From assembly GCA_014896315.1 (NCBI GenBank), contig JADBKP010000005.1, positions 149,140 to 213,139 on the forward strand: a stretch of 64,000 bases of DNA, given 5' to 3'. Under the pieces are notes generated by a model. The model was given only the letters and a program-made list of their open reading frames with translations, did no database searches and was not told where the DNA came from. Position numbers and translations under genes: made by a program. This stretch comes from Limnochordales bacterium. Its GTDB lineage: Bacteria > Bacillota > Limnochordia > Limnochordales > DUMU01. Positions 1 through 10,193 of this stretch are shown piece by piece; position 1 is the stretch's first letter, and the number at the start of each line of letters is the position of its first letter.

Positions 1-171
1 CGGACACGGACACCTCAATTCATTCCGGAGTTGCACGGGGGCAGGAGACGAAGAGCTACCGGCGAAGTGCTTGAGGCAGAGCGACAGGCGACCGGCTGCC
101 TGGCGTCTCTCTGGACTCGTTTTCGGGACAACTCCCGGAATCCGGACTAGATCCGGGAAACTCCAGGCTAC

Positions 172-1671
172 ATGGCTCCAGTGGGGGAGTATGAGATGCC
201 GGAGTCAGGAATCCAGGGCAATCCCTCTGCCGGACGGCAAGAAGGGTATCGACCTTACCGGCGTTCGATCTTTGGCGGACGAAGGCAGGAGGAGGTAGAA
301 ACAGGCGGGCGCGAGGGCGAAGCGCTGCCGGCACACTCCCCGGTCCGACCGGGCGAGGAGCTTCCCTACGGCCAGCTGCGGCCGCGACGGCGGCTGAGCC
401 TCCAGGCTCGGCTGGTTATCTTTACCCTTATTACGCTGGCCATTCTCGTAATTGTCCCGGTCTACTTTCTTCTGCCCCGCGAAAAGCCGTATATCCTCGA
501 CACCTATCAGTACGCGATAGTGGGCACGAGGGATTTTCGCCAGATAGTTACGGCCACCGGTACGGTAGAGCCTCTGGAGGTCATCTCGGTCAAGAGTCCG
601 GCTGCTGGACTGGTTGCTGAGGTGTTGGTCGAGCCGGGGACGGATGTCGCCTCCGGACAGGTACTGATGCGGCTGAGCTCAGGAGAGGTGGCGGACAAGC
701 GCGCCCAGGCGGAAAGGGCTTTGGCCAAGGCGACGCGGGAGCTGGAAAAGGCCCGGCTCGATCAGGAGACGGAGCTGGCCAGGCTCGCCGTCGCCCTGGA
801 AGAGGCGCGTGCTGCTCTGGCGCGGGCGCGTGACCAAGTTCCTGTTCTCGAAGAACTCTACCGCCTGGGCGGCATATCCAGGCACGAACTTGAGCAGGCA
901 CAGCAGTTGGTCACCCAGCGGGAGCAGGAGGTGGGCAAGGCCCAGGCCGACCTGGAGTCAGCCCGACGGCGTCTTGCACTTGCCGTGGCCACGGCCCAGG
1001 ATGCGGTTGACCAGGCCCGCAAGGACCTGCAGATTGCGGAGGATATGTACGCTGCATTGATCGTGCGGGCCCCGCTCTCCGGCAAGGTTTTAGAGGTGCG
1101 TGCCCGGAAGGGTGAACCGGTCCAGGCCGGTGCCGAGCTACTGCGGATGGCTGATATCCAGCAGATGCAGGTGCGCGGCAGCGTGGCGGCCGATCAAGCC
1201 GGTGCCCTTCGGGTTGGCCAGCCGTCCACGGTCTGGGCGGCGGGGATCGCGTTGCCAGCCCGGGTGGCTTACGTAGCGCCTCAGGCTACTGCTGCCTCCG
1301 GGCAGCAACCGTCTACCGTGGAGGTGATTTTCCAGTTCACGGGGGAGACGACACCTGCCTCCTTGGGCGTGCGTCCCTACACTGAAGCGACCTGTGAGGT
1401 AGAGGTGGGACGGCTGCGGGATCAGCCCTTTCTGCCCAGGGGGCCGTATCTTACCAGCGGTGAGGGCGGCTTCGTATACGTCATCGATGAAAAGGCACGG
1501 GTTGCCCGCCGCCAGGAGGTTGTGTACGGGCTGGTCGATGGCACTGCCATTGCCATCCGGGAGGGCCTGCGGCCCGGGGACAAGGTCATATACAGCTCCT
1601 ATGACGCGTTCAGAGACCGGCGGGAGGTGCGCCTTTCAGCCGAGGGTGGCCGGTTAGTACCGTCAGAGTAG
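172..1671 (+). CDS. HlyD/MacA-family periplasmic adaptor (membrane fusion protein)
   Basis: Single TM anchor, split lipoyl halves (VKSPAAGLVAEVLVEPG / VRAPLSGKVLEV), long coiled-coil hairpin, C-terminal IREGLRPGDKVI. Exact start uncertain. Confidence 0.9.
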   Translation: MAPVGEYEMPESGIQGNPSAGRQEGYRPYRRSIFGGRRQEEVETGGREGEALPAHSPVRPGEELPYGQLRPRRRLSLQARLVIFTLITLAILVIVPVYFLLPREKPYILDTYQYAIVGTRDFRQIVTATGTVEPLEVISVKSPAAGLVAEVLVEPGTDVASGQVLMRLSSGEVADKRAQAERALAKATRELEKARLDQETELARLAVALEEARAALARARDQVPVLEELYRLGGISRHELEQAQQLVTQREQEVGKAQADLESARRRLALAVATAQDAVDQARKDLQIAEDMYAALIVRAPLSGKVLEVRARKGEPVQAGAELLRMADIQQMQVRGSVAADQAGALRVGQPSTVWAAGIALPARVAYVAPQATAASGQQPSTVEVIFQFTGETTPASLGVRPYTEATCEVEVGRLRDQPFLPRGPYLTSGEGGFVYVIDEKARVARRQEVVYGLVDGTAIAIREGLRPGDKVIYSSYDAFRDRREVRLSAEGGRLVPSE

Positions 1672-1734
1672 GGAAGGGCAGGGAATGCCGATGAGGGATG
1701 CACTCGGGACACCGGAAGCAGGGGGCGCGTCTTA

Positions 1735-3360
1735 ATGATGGTTATCATGGGCGCGCTCGGCCAAGCCTGTCGCGGACTGCCGGCGCCGGCGTGCACGGCG
1801 ACACGGCGGCCGCTGGCGGCCCTCCTTCTCACGTCTGCTACTGTCGCCTTGCTGGCGTGGATGGGTGCGGCAGATAGGGTGCAGGCAGGCACGGACTCCA
1901 CGGTTGTCGAGCAAGAAGAGCTCTCCCTCGCGGCGGCATTGAACGAAGCCCGTGAGCGAGGGCCGGCATTTGCCGCCCTCCGGCGGGAGGAGGAGAAGGC
2001 TGCCCTGGCCGCGCGCCGGCAGGTCGCTTCCGACCTGCCCCGTATAGCCTTCTCCACTTCGACCGGGGTGGGATCGGGTCCGGTCACGGCTTTGCCTGGC
2101 TTCCCACCTCGCCCCTCGGCTCGTCTGCAGCTGGACTGGACGGTGCTTGAGGAGTGGCGGCTGCAGGCAGCGATCGAGGCGCAAAAGACCGGTGAGGGGA
2201 GTCGGGGAGGGATCTCATTCGGCGTCAGCCGGCAGTGGCCCGGAGTGGAGGGAGAGGGAGAGAGCAGCACTTCGAACGCAACCTCTCAAGCAGCGGATAC
2301 CGGAAGCGACACGACGGGCGGTTTGATAGCCAGTGAGCTTGCTGCCCGGGAACGGCGAAACCATGCACTCCTGGGCGTAGTCGAGGCGTGGTACGCAGCC
2401 CGTTATGCGGAGGCGGAGTTGGCGGTACGCCGGGAGTTGCTGGCGGTGGCGGAGTGGGAGTATCAGGCGGCTTTGAGGCGGCGAGACGATGGGGGTGGTT
2501 CCCTCCGTGAACTGCTTACCGCCGAAGACGCTCTCCGCCAGGCCCGGGAGGAGGAGCGCAGCGCCTTTGCCCAGTACTTGGCGGCATGGCAAAAGCTCGC
2601 AATGAGTCTTGGGCGTGAGCCGGAGCCGATGCACCCGGTTCGCTGGGTTGACGACCTCGACTGGGCGGCAGTTACCGTCGCGGTCCGGGCCGAGCTGGGG
2701 GTACAGGTTTTTCCGGGTGAAGTTATCCCGACAGTGACGCTTCTGCCCGGGGATCTGGGAGAGCGGTTGCTGGCCCGTCGCAGCAGCGGGCTGCAGGCGC
2801 AGGAAGTACTGCGCGAAGCGGAAAAGAGGCTGTCAGCCGCCAGATCGGCCAGGGGCTGGCAGGTGAGCATCTCTGCTTCTCTCGGCCTGGACGTGCAGGA
2901 GCGACAGGCGCCTTCGGAGTCGTGGCAGGTGATGGTTACACTGGCCCACCCGCTTTATGACCCGCTCCTTGTGCTCGAAGAGGAAGCTGCCCGTCTGCGT
3001 TTCGAGGAGGCGCGCCAGGCGGTGGAAGCAAGGCGGGACGAGCTGCTCTCGCAGGTGGTGAGCTCCTGGCAGCGGGCACAGAATGCCTTCCGGGCGATGG
3101 AGGACGCCAGGCTGGCCGCAGAACGAAGCTCTGCCACGAGGGAGGTGGCCCGGGCCCGGTATGACGCCGGACTGGTGGCCTGGAATGATCTCCGCCGGGC
3201 GGAGATAGCTGTCGTTCAGGCCGCAAACCGCCTGCAGGCCGCCGAAAGCGAGTACCGGCTGGCGTTGCTGCAGCTTGCCGATGCGCTGGGCCTTGACGCC
3301 GGTCAGGTGCTGGGTCGGGAGCAGTCCGGGGCTGAGCCCGCAGACAGCCCAAGGACGTGA
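1735..3360 (+). CDS. TolC/outer-membrane efflux family protein with beta-strands
   Basis: Signal-peptide-like segment, two OEP repeats (LSLAAAL..., ARYDAGLV), amphipathic strands ending HPLYD. Confidence 0.8.
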   Translation: MMVIMGALGQACRGLPAPACTATRRPLAALLLTSATVALLAWMGAADRVQAGTDSTVVEQEELSLAAALNEARERGPAFAALRREEEKAALAARRQVASDLPRIAFSTSTGVGSGPVTALPGFPPRPSARLQLDWTVLEEWRLQAAIEAQKTGEGSRGGISFGVSRQWPGVEGEGESSTSNATSQAADTGSDTTGGLIASELAARERRNHALLGVVEAWYAARYAEAELAVRRELLAVAEWEYQAALRRRDDGGGSLRELLTAEDALRQAREEERSAFAQYLAAWQKLAMSLGREPEPMHPVRWVDDLDWAAVTVAVRAELGVQVFPGEVIPTVTLLPGDLGERLLARRSSGLQAQEVLREAEKRLSAARSARGWQVSISASLGLDVQERQAPSESWQVMVTLAHPLYDPLLVLEEEAARLRFEEARQAVEARRDELLSQVVSSWQRAQNAFRAMEDARLAAERSSATREVARARYDAGLVAWNDLRRAEIAVVQAANRLQAAESEYRLALLQLADALGLDAGQVLGREQSGAEPADSPRT

Positions 3361-3393
3361 GTCGGTAGTCCGGTAGTAAGGAGGGAAGCGAGC

Positions 3394-4800
3394 TTGCATG
3401 GCTGGGCGATACTCCGCCTTACGCGCCGGTGGTGGAACCTGCTGGCCGTCCTGCAGGTGGCAGCAGGGGTAGCGGCCATCACCGCGATCGGATCTAACGT
3501 TCTGCCGGTGATATGGCAGGGCACCGGCCAGCCACAGATACTTTCCGTAAGGTATGATCGGGAGCTGAATGAGCCCGGCGAGGGGATAGTCGCCATCAGC
3601 ACGCCGATTTTCCGGGACGAGGACCTGGCGCTGGTGCGGTCGGAGTTGTCTCACATGGTGGCTGCCGCCGACGCGCCGGAGAACGCCTTTGGGGTGGAGA
3701 TCGAGGCGGACGGACGCCGGTATATAGTTGAGAGGGCGGCCAGAATAGGCCCTGATTACCTCAAACTTTTGGGTGTCTCGCTGGTCGAGGGAAGCTTCTT
3801 TACGGACGATGACTTCAGGCAGGCCGCGGATCTCCCGGACCGCAACGTCAAGGTCGCCGTGATCAGTCGGGAGCTAGCTCGCATCCTTTTTGGAACCGGG
3901 CAAGCCGTGGGGAAGACCATAACCGTCCTCCCCGAGAACACCCCGGGAGTATCGAGTGCCCGGGGCAGCGCTCGTGTAATCGGGGTTGTGGAGATGCCTC
4001 CGCTGCGGGATCGGCTGGGGTTGTTTCAGGTTTACGCTGATCTGCTCTTTCCGGCCCCGGGGGCGGTCGGCAGTGCGGGGGCCAACAAGGAGACGGAGAC
4101 GCCGGCGCCTGTCAGGGCGTCGGTAGTGCCAGAACAGGTCAACCGGTTGCGTCCCCAGCTTCGGACCTTCACCGAGTTCTACGTGCGGACGACGACTGGT
4201 GATATCGAAAGGGTGCGCCGGGAGATAATCGCACTGCTAACTCCCTTGATCCGGCAGCGGGAAGCCGAAGAGGGGGCGGGAAGGCCTACGCCCGGTCTAC
4301 CGCCGGAGCTCGGCCCGGGAGAGATCCGTGTAGAAGTTATGCAAGGCTGGGTAGTAGAAGCAGCGAAGAGTGCCGGCTTCTACCTCGGTACCATGGCACT
4401 GATAGCTCTGGTGGTAGCCGGTATCGCGCTCTTTACCGTGACTTTGGTCAACCTGGCGGAGCGGCGTCATTCCATCGGCTTGCGGCGGGCGCTGGGGGCG
4501 AGTCGCTGGTCGATTCTCCGTGAGACCGTCGATGAGGCCCTCGTGGTGGCAGGAGCGGGTGGGTTGCTCGGGGTGGCCTTGAGTGAACCGGTAGGCCGCT
4601 TCCTCTTGCAGCCACTCTTGTGGACGGCACGGTCCTCTGTGGCGGGCAGTTCACCCTGGCAGATATCGCCGTACCTTGACGTACGGGTAGCTGTGCTCGC
4701 CCTCGTGCTTACTCTTGCCGTGGGGGCGATAGCCGTGCTTTATCCGGCATGGGAGTCGTCCCGCCTGCAGCCGATGGAAGCGTACAGAGATGGGATGTGA
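3394..4800 (+). CDS. ABC transporter permease, MacB/FtsX family
   Basis: N-terminal TM, large periplasmic domain (EGSFFT), ERRHSIGLRRALGASR motif, 3 C-terminal TMs. Confidence 0.88.
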   Translation: MHGWAILRLTRRWWNLLAVLQVAAGVAAITAIGSNVLPVIWQGTGQPQILSVRYDRELNEPGEGIVAISTPIFRDEDLALVRSELSHMVAAADAPENAFGVEIEADGRRYIVERAARIGPDYLKLLGVSLVEGSFFTDDDFRQAADLPDRNVKVAVISRELARILFGTGQAVGKTITVLPENTPGVSSARGSARVIGVVEMPPLRDRLGLFQVYADLLFPAPGAVGSAGANKETETPAPVRASVVPEQVNRLRPQLRTFTEFYVRTTTGDIERVRREIIALLTPLIRQREAEEGAGRPTPGLPPELGPGEIRVEVMQGWVVEAAKSAGFYLGTMALIALVVAGIALFTVTLVNLAERRHSIGLRRALGASRWSILRETVDEALVVAGAGGLLGVALSEPVGRFLLQPLLWTARSSVAGSSPWQISPYLDVRVAVLALVLTLAVGAIAVLYPAWESSRLQPMEAYRDGM

Positions 4801-5714
4801 GTCACGGGAAACGTGGCGGAAGTAGTCGAGAGGAGGTTCGAGGGGAGGTGGCCAGAGTGGACGAGGCGATGATGCCGGCAACGCCGGCAACGCCCGCAGC
4901 CCCACGGGAGCAGGCCAATGAGGCCCCCCTCATCTGGCTGCGAGGGGTAACCAAGGTTTACTACACGACCAGAACCCCGGTACCTGCGCTGAACGGCATC
5001 GACCTTAAGATCCAGCCCGGTGAGTTTGTCAGCGTGATGGGGCCGTCAGGCTCGGGCAAGTCTACATTGCTGCATATCCTGGGAGCGCTCGATCTGCCCA
5101 CAAGTGGCGAGTATCTGCTCGAAGGAGTGAGGATAACGGGGCTGCCCGACCGGAAGCTCTCTCGCATTCGCAACCGGCATTTCGGGTTTGTGTTCCAGAA
5201 CTACAATCTCTTTCCCGAACTGACCGCGGTGGAGAACGTAGAGGTACCCATGCTCTACGCGGGGGTCAGGGCGGCGGAGCGGCGACGCCGTGCCGAGATG
5301 CTGCTAGAACGGTTTGGCCTCGGCCACCGGATGAACCACCGGCCCTCCGAACTCTCCGGCGGGGAACAGCAGCGGGTGGCCATTGCCCGGGCCCTGGCCA
5401 ACGGCCCGACCCTGCTCCTGGCCGACGAGCCGACGGGGAACCTGCCGACCGCCCACGGCGAGGAGATCATGTCCCTTCTCCAGGAGCTCAACGACGAGGG
5501 TATGACCATCGTCGTGGTCACCCACGACTGGCGGATTGCATCGTACGGTAAGCGCCTGGTGGAGCTGCAGGACGGGCGGATTGTGGGCGATCGCCTGCTT
5601 GCCCCCGCGGAGCGCCGGTTGCGACCGAGCGCGGGGGTTTCGACCCAGGCTGAAGGCCAGGCCCGGGCCCCGGCCGGGCCGGGTGCCGGGTTTGAGGCCG
5701 CTTCCGGGGCATAG
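4797..5714 (+). CDS. ABC transporter ATP-binding protein, MacB/LolD type
   Basis: GPSGSGKST Walker A, LSGGEQQRV signature, LLADEPTGNL, VVVTHD. Start could also be 4848, 4857 or later. Confidence 0.93.
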   Translation: MSHGKRGGSSREEVRGEVARVDEAMMPATPATPAAPREQANEAPLIWLRGVTKVYYTTRTPVPALNGIDLKIQPGEFVSVMGPSGSGKSTLLHILGALDLPTSGEYLLEGVRITGLPDRKLSRIRNRHFGFVFQNYNLFPELTAVENVEVPMLYAGVRAAERRRRAEMLLERFGLGHRMNHRPSELSGGEQQRVAIARALANGPTLLLADEPTGNLPTAHGEEIMSLLQELNDEGMTIVVVTHDWRIASYGKRLVELQDGRIVGDRLLAPAERRLRPSAGVSTQAEGQARAPAGPGAGFEAASGA

Positions 5715-5778
5715 TCGCAGGATGGCCGGAGTATAGTCGGAGTGCAGTCTGGCATCAATACACGCCAGAACGGGAGGA

Positions 5779-6915
5779 ATGAGCATGAAGCGAGCCCTGG
5801 TCACTGCCGTGGTTGCTCTGGTTGGCACTCTCTTGTTTGTAACGCCGGCAGTTGCGGCAAGCAGCACCGGTGACCCGCAACCTGGGGCTGCCGGGACCGG
5901 CGCCAATGGCGAGGCGACCGAGCCTCTCGTTCTCACGTTGCAGCAGGCAATCGCCAGGGCGCTCGAGGTCGCCCCCGAGCTGCGGCTGGCCGAACTCGAT
6001 GTGGCGGAGAAGGAGATCGCCCTCAAAGAGGCGGAGATCGGCCAGCTGGAAGGTCGTCCCGCATCGGAACTGGTTGCCGCCCAGTATGAACTGGAGAAAG
6101 CCAAGCAGGCAGTGCTGGATGCCCGGGAAAGTGTGGCTCTCAAGGTAGAGCAGCAGTATTACGAGGTGCTCCGTTCCACGGAACTCCTTGACATTCAGCA
6201 GCAGAGCCTTGAGCGGGCAAAGCGGCAGTTCCAGGTGACAGAAGCTCGCTACCAGGCCGGGCTGATCAGCCGGCACGAGTACCTTGCCGCCCAGGACCAG
6301 CTGGTCGTGCAGGAACACAGCTTCCGCCAGGCGCAGGCGAGCCTGGAGCTTGCGAAGCTCCAGTTTAAGTTGCTGCTCGGGCTTCCGCAGGAGTCGGAGA
6401 TCGTGCTGCAGGATCGCTTCCCCTTTGCTCCCCTCGATGTGGACCTGGCGGAGAGCTTGCGCCAGGCCCTTGCGCGGCGTTCGGACCTGCTCGCTGCCCG
6501 CCAGGCCGTGGCCAGCGCCGAGAGGCAGGTGGCCCTCTCTGACAACGACTACACCCCGCCGGTTCAGCTGCAGAGAGCGAGGATGGCCCTGGAGCGGGCG
6601 CAGATAGCAGCAGCCCAGGCTGAGACCCGTGTCGCTCTGGAGGTCCGGCAGAAGTATCTCGCCCTGGAGCAGGCGAGGGTAGCGGTAGAAGAGAGCGAGC
6701 GAGCCCGGGAGCGGGCCCGGGATGCCCTGCGCATTGCCGAGGCCCGTTACAACAACGGCCTGAGCCCCCTTCTTGAGCTCCTCAACGCCCAGGCCGCCCT
6801 GGCCCGGGCTGAACTGGACGCTGTTGAGGCGGTCTGGGACTACAACCTCGCCAAAGCCGCCTTCCTCCAGGCCATTGGGGAGCGGCTGCTGCCTGCCGAG
6901 GGGAGTAGCTCATGA
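5779..6915 (+). CDS. TolC-family protein lacking the beta-hairpins
   Basis: Signal peptide, LTLQQAIARALE start, ARYQAGLIS and ARYNNGLS OEP motifs, only ~9-residue linkers where strands normally lie. Confidence 0.8.
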   Translation: MSMKRALVTAVVALVGTLLFVTPAVAASSTGDPQPGAAGTGANGEATEPLVLTLQQAIARALEVAPELRLAELDVAEKEIALKEAEIGQLEGRPASELVAAQYELEKAKQAVLDARESVALKVEQQYYEVLRSTELLDIQQQSLERAKRQFQVTEARYQAGLISRHEYLAAQDQLVVQEHSFRQAQASLELAKLQFKLLLGLPQESEIVLQDRFPFAPLDVDLAESLRQALARRSDLLAARQAVASAERQVALSDNDYTPPVQLQRARMALERAQIAAAQAETRVALEVRQKYLALEQARVAVEESERARERARDALRIAEARYNNGLSPLLELLNAQAALARAELDAVEAVWDYNLAKAAFLQAIGERLLPAEGSSS

Positions 6916-8270
6916 ACGGAAGTCATATCTGGTGGGCGCAACGCCGCCTTCGTTACCAGTGGCTGCAAAGCCTCTTCATCGTAATCGGCCTGGGGTTGGG
7001 GGTGGCCGTCTTCATAACGGTCGCCACCCAGCTGGTAAACAGCATGCGAGAGTCGGAGAGGCTGACAGAAAGTGATCCTTTCTTCAAACAGGTCCTGGTG
7101 ATCCCGCGGCAACAGATCACTGAGGCTGTCGGGGCGGAGACTCCCGTCGCCAGGCTGGTTACGGATCGTCCGGAGCAGCGTGCCTCGTTGACGCTGGCCG
7201 ACTTTTTGGACGTGCGGGAGGATGTGCCCGGGGTTCGCTACGCTCTCCTCCCCGGAAGTATGACCGGGATGGCGGCGATGGCCAGGGACAATGAATCGCT
7301 GGCAGATACGCACGTGCTCTTCCAGGGCGTTACCCCCGACCAGTTTCACGTGGACCGGGCCAGGTTGCTGGCCGGCACGTTCTTTACCTGGGACGATTTC
7401 CTAGCGGCTCGCCCATTGCTGGTGGTCGACGAGTCCTGGGTGAAAGGCTATTTTCCCGAGCTCTCTTCTCCTGCCGAGGCGATTGGCCGCACGATCATGA
7501 CTACTTCTCCAGTAACGGGATCCGCAGGCCGGAGGTGGACTATTGCGGGGGTGGTGGCTGATCCGGAGGAGAGCGGGCAGAACTCCCGAGCAGGCCGCCT
7601 GAGCGCCTTAGGGTTGGGAGCCCGTTTCCGAGGCCAACCGGTACGCGGTAACGCGTACGCGCCCGAGACTGTTCTTGCGGAGGGTCGGGAGGTGGACCAC
7701 GCGATGTGGATGTTCCAGCCCGAGCCGGACGTTCCCCCGGCGACCCTGGCCGCCCGCATCCAGGCTTATCTTGACGCCAAGCTCGGCCCGGGCCGGGTTG
7801 AAGCCTACTCGCCGTCCCAGCGGATGGCCGAAGCCAGGCGCGAGGCGAGGCGAAACTACGCCTCGCTGCTCGGCCTCGCATCCCTTGCTCTCTTCATCGG
7901 CGCCGTCAGCGTGCTCAATCTCAACCTGGCCCATGTGCTGCAGCGCCAGCGGTTTATCGGTTTACTAGCCGCCATCGGTGCCTCCCGGCGGCAGCTGATC
8001 GGCCAGTCCCTGGTTGAGGCCCTTTTCCTCGGGGTCAGCGGTGGCCTGCTTGGGGCTCTCCTTGCCTATCCCGGGCTACGGCTGCTCTTCCTGGTCCAGA
8101 CTGGGAACATCCCCGAAGCAGCCCGGGCTCAGATGGCCCTGCAGTATCAGGTCGACCCCTGGGTGCTCCTGGCCGGCGTTGCTCTGGGTGGACTCCTCAG
8201 CCTGCTCTTTGGCATCATCCCCGCCTGGCTGGTGAGCAGGATCTCTCCAGCAGAAGTCCTGCGGGAGTAG
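6912..8270 (+). CDS. ABC transporter permease, MacB/FtsX family (second)
   Basis: ATGA coupling with the upstream gene, AGTFFT, QRQRFIGLLAAIGASR, C-terminal PAEVLRE. Confidence 0.88.
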   Translation: MNGSHIWWAQRRLRYQWLQSLFIVIGLGLGVAVFITVATQLVNSMRESERLTESDPFFKQVLVIPRQQITEAVGAETPVARLVTDRPEQRASLTLADFLDVREDVPGVRYALLPGSMTGMAAMARDNESLADTHVLFQGVTPDQFHVDRARLLAGTFFTWDDFLAARPLLVVDESWVKGYFPELSSPAEAIGRTIMTTSPVTGSAGRRWTIAGVVADPEESGQNSRAGRLSALGLGARFRGQPVRGNAYAPETVLAEGREVDHAMWMFQPEPDVPPATLAARIQAYLDAKLGPGRVEAYSPSQRMAEARREARRNYASLLGLASLALFIGAVSVLNLNLAHVLQRQRFIGLLAAIGASRRQLIGQSLVEALFLGVSGGLLGALLAYPGLRLLFLVQTGNIPEAARAQMALQYQVDPWVLLAGVALGGLLSLLFGIIPAWLVSRISPAEVLRE

Positions 8271-8332
8271 CGGCAGGGAGCGTCTTTTCGGTCCCCCCCG
8301 TTCCCGTAGCGTGTACGAAGATGCGCCTGTTG

Positions 8333-8995
8333 CTAATCTCCCGGTTCCTTTACCGTCACCCCCAGCGCTTGCAGGATGGTGATAGCAAGGAGCATATGTC
8401 CGGCCAGGGTCGGGTGGACGCCGTCCGTGGTCAGGTGGAAGCTGGCATCTGCGGTCCGGCCCGCCTGCAGCGCCGCCCAGAAGCGGGCGTTCATATCGAT
8501 GACGGGCAGGCTGAACTCCTCTCCCAGTTCCTTGACGGCCCGCACGTACCCCGCCAGCCTCTGGTTTTCCGGGGTATGCGGCTCCTCGCCGATGAAGGTC
8601 GGCGTCAACAGGATGACTCGTGTAGCCGGCAGCTCCGCCTGCAGTTTCCGGAGCAGCTGCCTGTATACACTGACGTATTCGTTCAGAGGGAGACCATGAT
8701 GATCTGCGGAGAGAAAATCATGCCAGACATCGTTCACGCCGATCATAATGGTCATCCAATCGGGCCGGGCGGCAATCACGTCCCGGTCAAGCCGCGCCAG
8801 GAGATCGGTCACCTTGTTGCCGCTGATCCCGGCGTTGATCACCCTGATCTGCCGTTCCGGAAAAAGAGCCTGGAAAGCCGCGTCTAACAAGCTTACGTAT
8901 CCGGGCCGGGCTTCGGTGATGCTGTCGCCCAGGCAGAGGAACTTTTGCCCGGCACCTACAGGAAACTCAGGGAAAAGAGCTGGTTGCGGTTGCAT
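8333..8995 (-). CDS. SGNH/GDSL hydrolase
   Basis: GDSIT, NAGISG, IGVND and DGVHP blocks; ATG at 8995 with AAGGAGG RBS. Confidence 0.9.
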   Translation of the reverse strand: MQPQPALFPEFPVGAGQKFLCLGDSITEARPGYVSLLDAAFQALFPERQIRVINAGISGNKVTDLLARLDRDVIAARPDWMTIMIGVNDVWHDFLSADHHGLPLNEYVSVYRQLLRKLQAELPATRVILLTPTFIGEEPHTPENQRLAGYVRAVKELGEEFSLPVIDMNARFWAALQAGRTADASFHLTTDGVHPTLAGHMLLAITILQALGVTVKEPGD

Positions 8996-9272
8996 GGTTG
9001 ATTGCCTGCCTCCTTGTGCTTCTAGCGGATCTCTGTGCAGAGGGGAGCTGCAGAGCTTCCTGGCCAGGAAGTAACTCGCGTGACCGGTCTTACGGTAACC
9101 ATCCAAGCCCCTCATCACGACCAACCGTCCCGATGCCAACCACAAAACTTCTTGTTATTACCCGAAATACCCTGCTGCAGAGGAGCAGGTGGTGCGCCGG
9201 CCAGAGTGTAGAAGAGAACCTAGAGGCCACGACAAGGTATAGATGGGCAATAGCAGAAAGGGTGTGAGAGTC

Positions 9273-10055
9273 ATGGATCTGGGGCTTAAGGACAAAGTGG
9301 TCTTGATCACCGGTTCATCCCGGGGCATCGGGCGGGCTACCGCGGCCGCCTTCCTGGCCGAAGGAGCTGAGGTGATCCTGACAGGACGGTCGCAGGAGAG
9401 ATTGGCACAGGTGGTATTGGAGCTGCAGCGCCTGTCGCCCACCGCCGCCCGGGCGCACTGCTTCAGCGGTGACCTGACGCAGCCGTCCGTTCGCCAAGAG
9501 CTTTTTGAATGGATCGAATCCACCCTGGGCGGGCGACTGGACGTGCTGGTCAACAACCTGGGTGGTTCAGCGGGGGGCGGCATTGACCAGACCACGGACG
9601 AGGAATGGGAGCGAACCTTCCAGCTCAACTTCTGGTCTGCCCTGGATCTTACACGGCGTGCCCTGCCGCTCCTGCGTCGCCGGGGAGGCGGGGCGATCAT
9701 CTTCATCGCCTCTATCTGGGGACGGGAGAGCGGTGGAAAGCTGGCCTACAATGCGGCCAAGGCGGCAACGATCAGCCTGAGCAAGAACCTGGCCCGGGAG
9801 CTCGCCGCCGAAAACATACGGGTCAATTGCGTTGCCCCCGGCTCGATCCTCTTTCCGGGCGGCAGCTGGGATGAACGGCGACGCCAAGATCCGGAAGGGA
9901 TCGAGCGCTTTGTCCGCAGCGAGATTCCCTCCGGGCGCTTCGGGCGGCCGGAAGAGGTGGCCGACTGTGTGGTCTTTCTCGCTTCGGAGCGGGCGAGCTG
10001 GGTGCGGGGGGCGTGCCTGCCGGTGGACGGTGCCCAGGGGCGCTCCAATATCTGA
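9273..10055 (+). CDS. SDR family NAD(P)-dependent oxidoreductase
   Basis: TGSSRGIG, LVNNLG, YNAAK, VNCVAPG. Confidence 0.92.
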   Translation: MDLGLKDKVVLITGSSRGIGRATAAAFLAEGAEVILTGRSQERLAQVVLELQRLSPTAARAHCFSGDLTQPSVRQELFEWIESTLGGRLDVLVNNLGGSAGGGIDQTTDEEWERTFQLNFWSALDLTRRALPLLRRRGGGAIIFIASIWGRESGGKLAYNAAKAATISLSKNLARELAAENIRVNCVAPGSILFPGGSWDERRRQDPEGIERFVRSEIPSGRFGRPEEVADCVVFLASERASWVRGACLPVDGAQGRSNI

Positions 10056-10193
10056 GGCAGATTGCCGGTTGGAGGTCCTTTGCCGATTCCGCCAATCCGG
10101 CTGTGTCGACTGGAGCTTGCCCTCCGGATCGGTGCAGATTATGATCGTTTTGAACGTGGGTGTGCACACTAATGTGCAAAAGGAGAGCACGGA

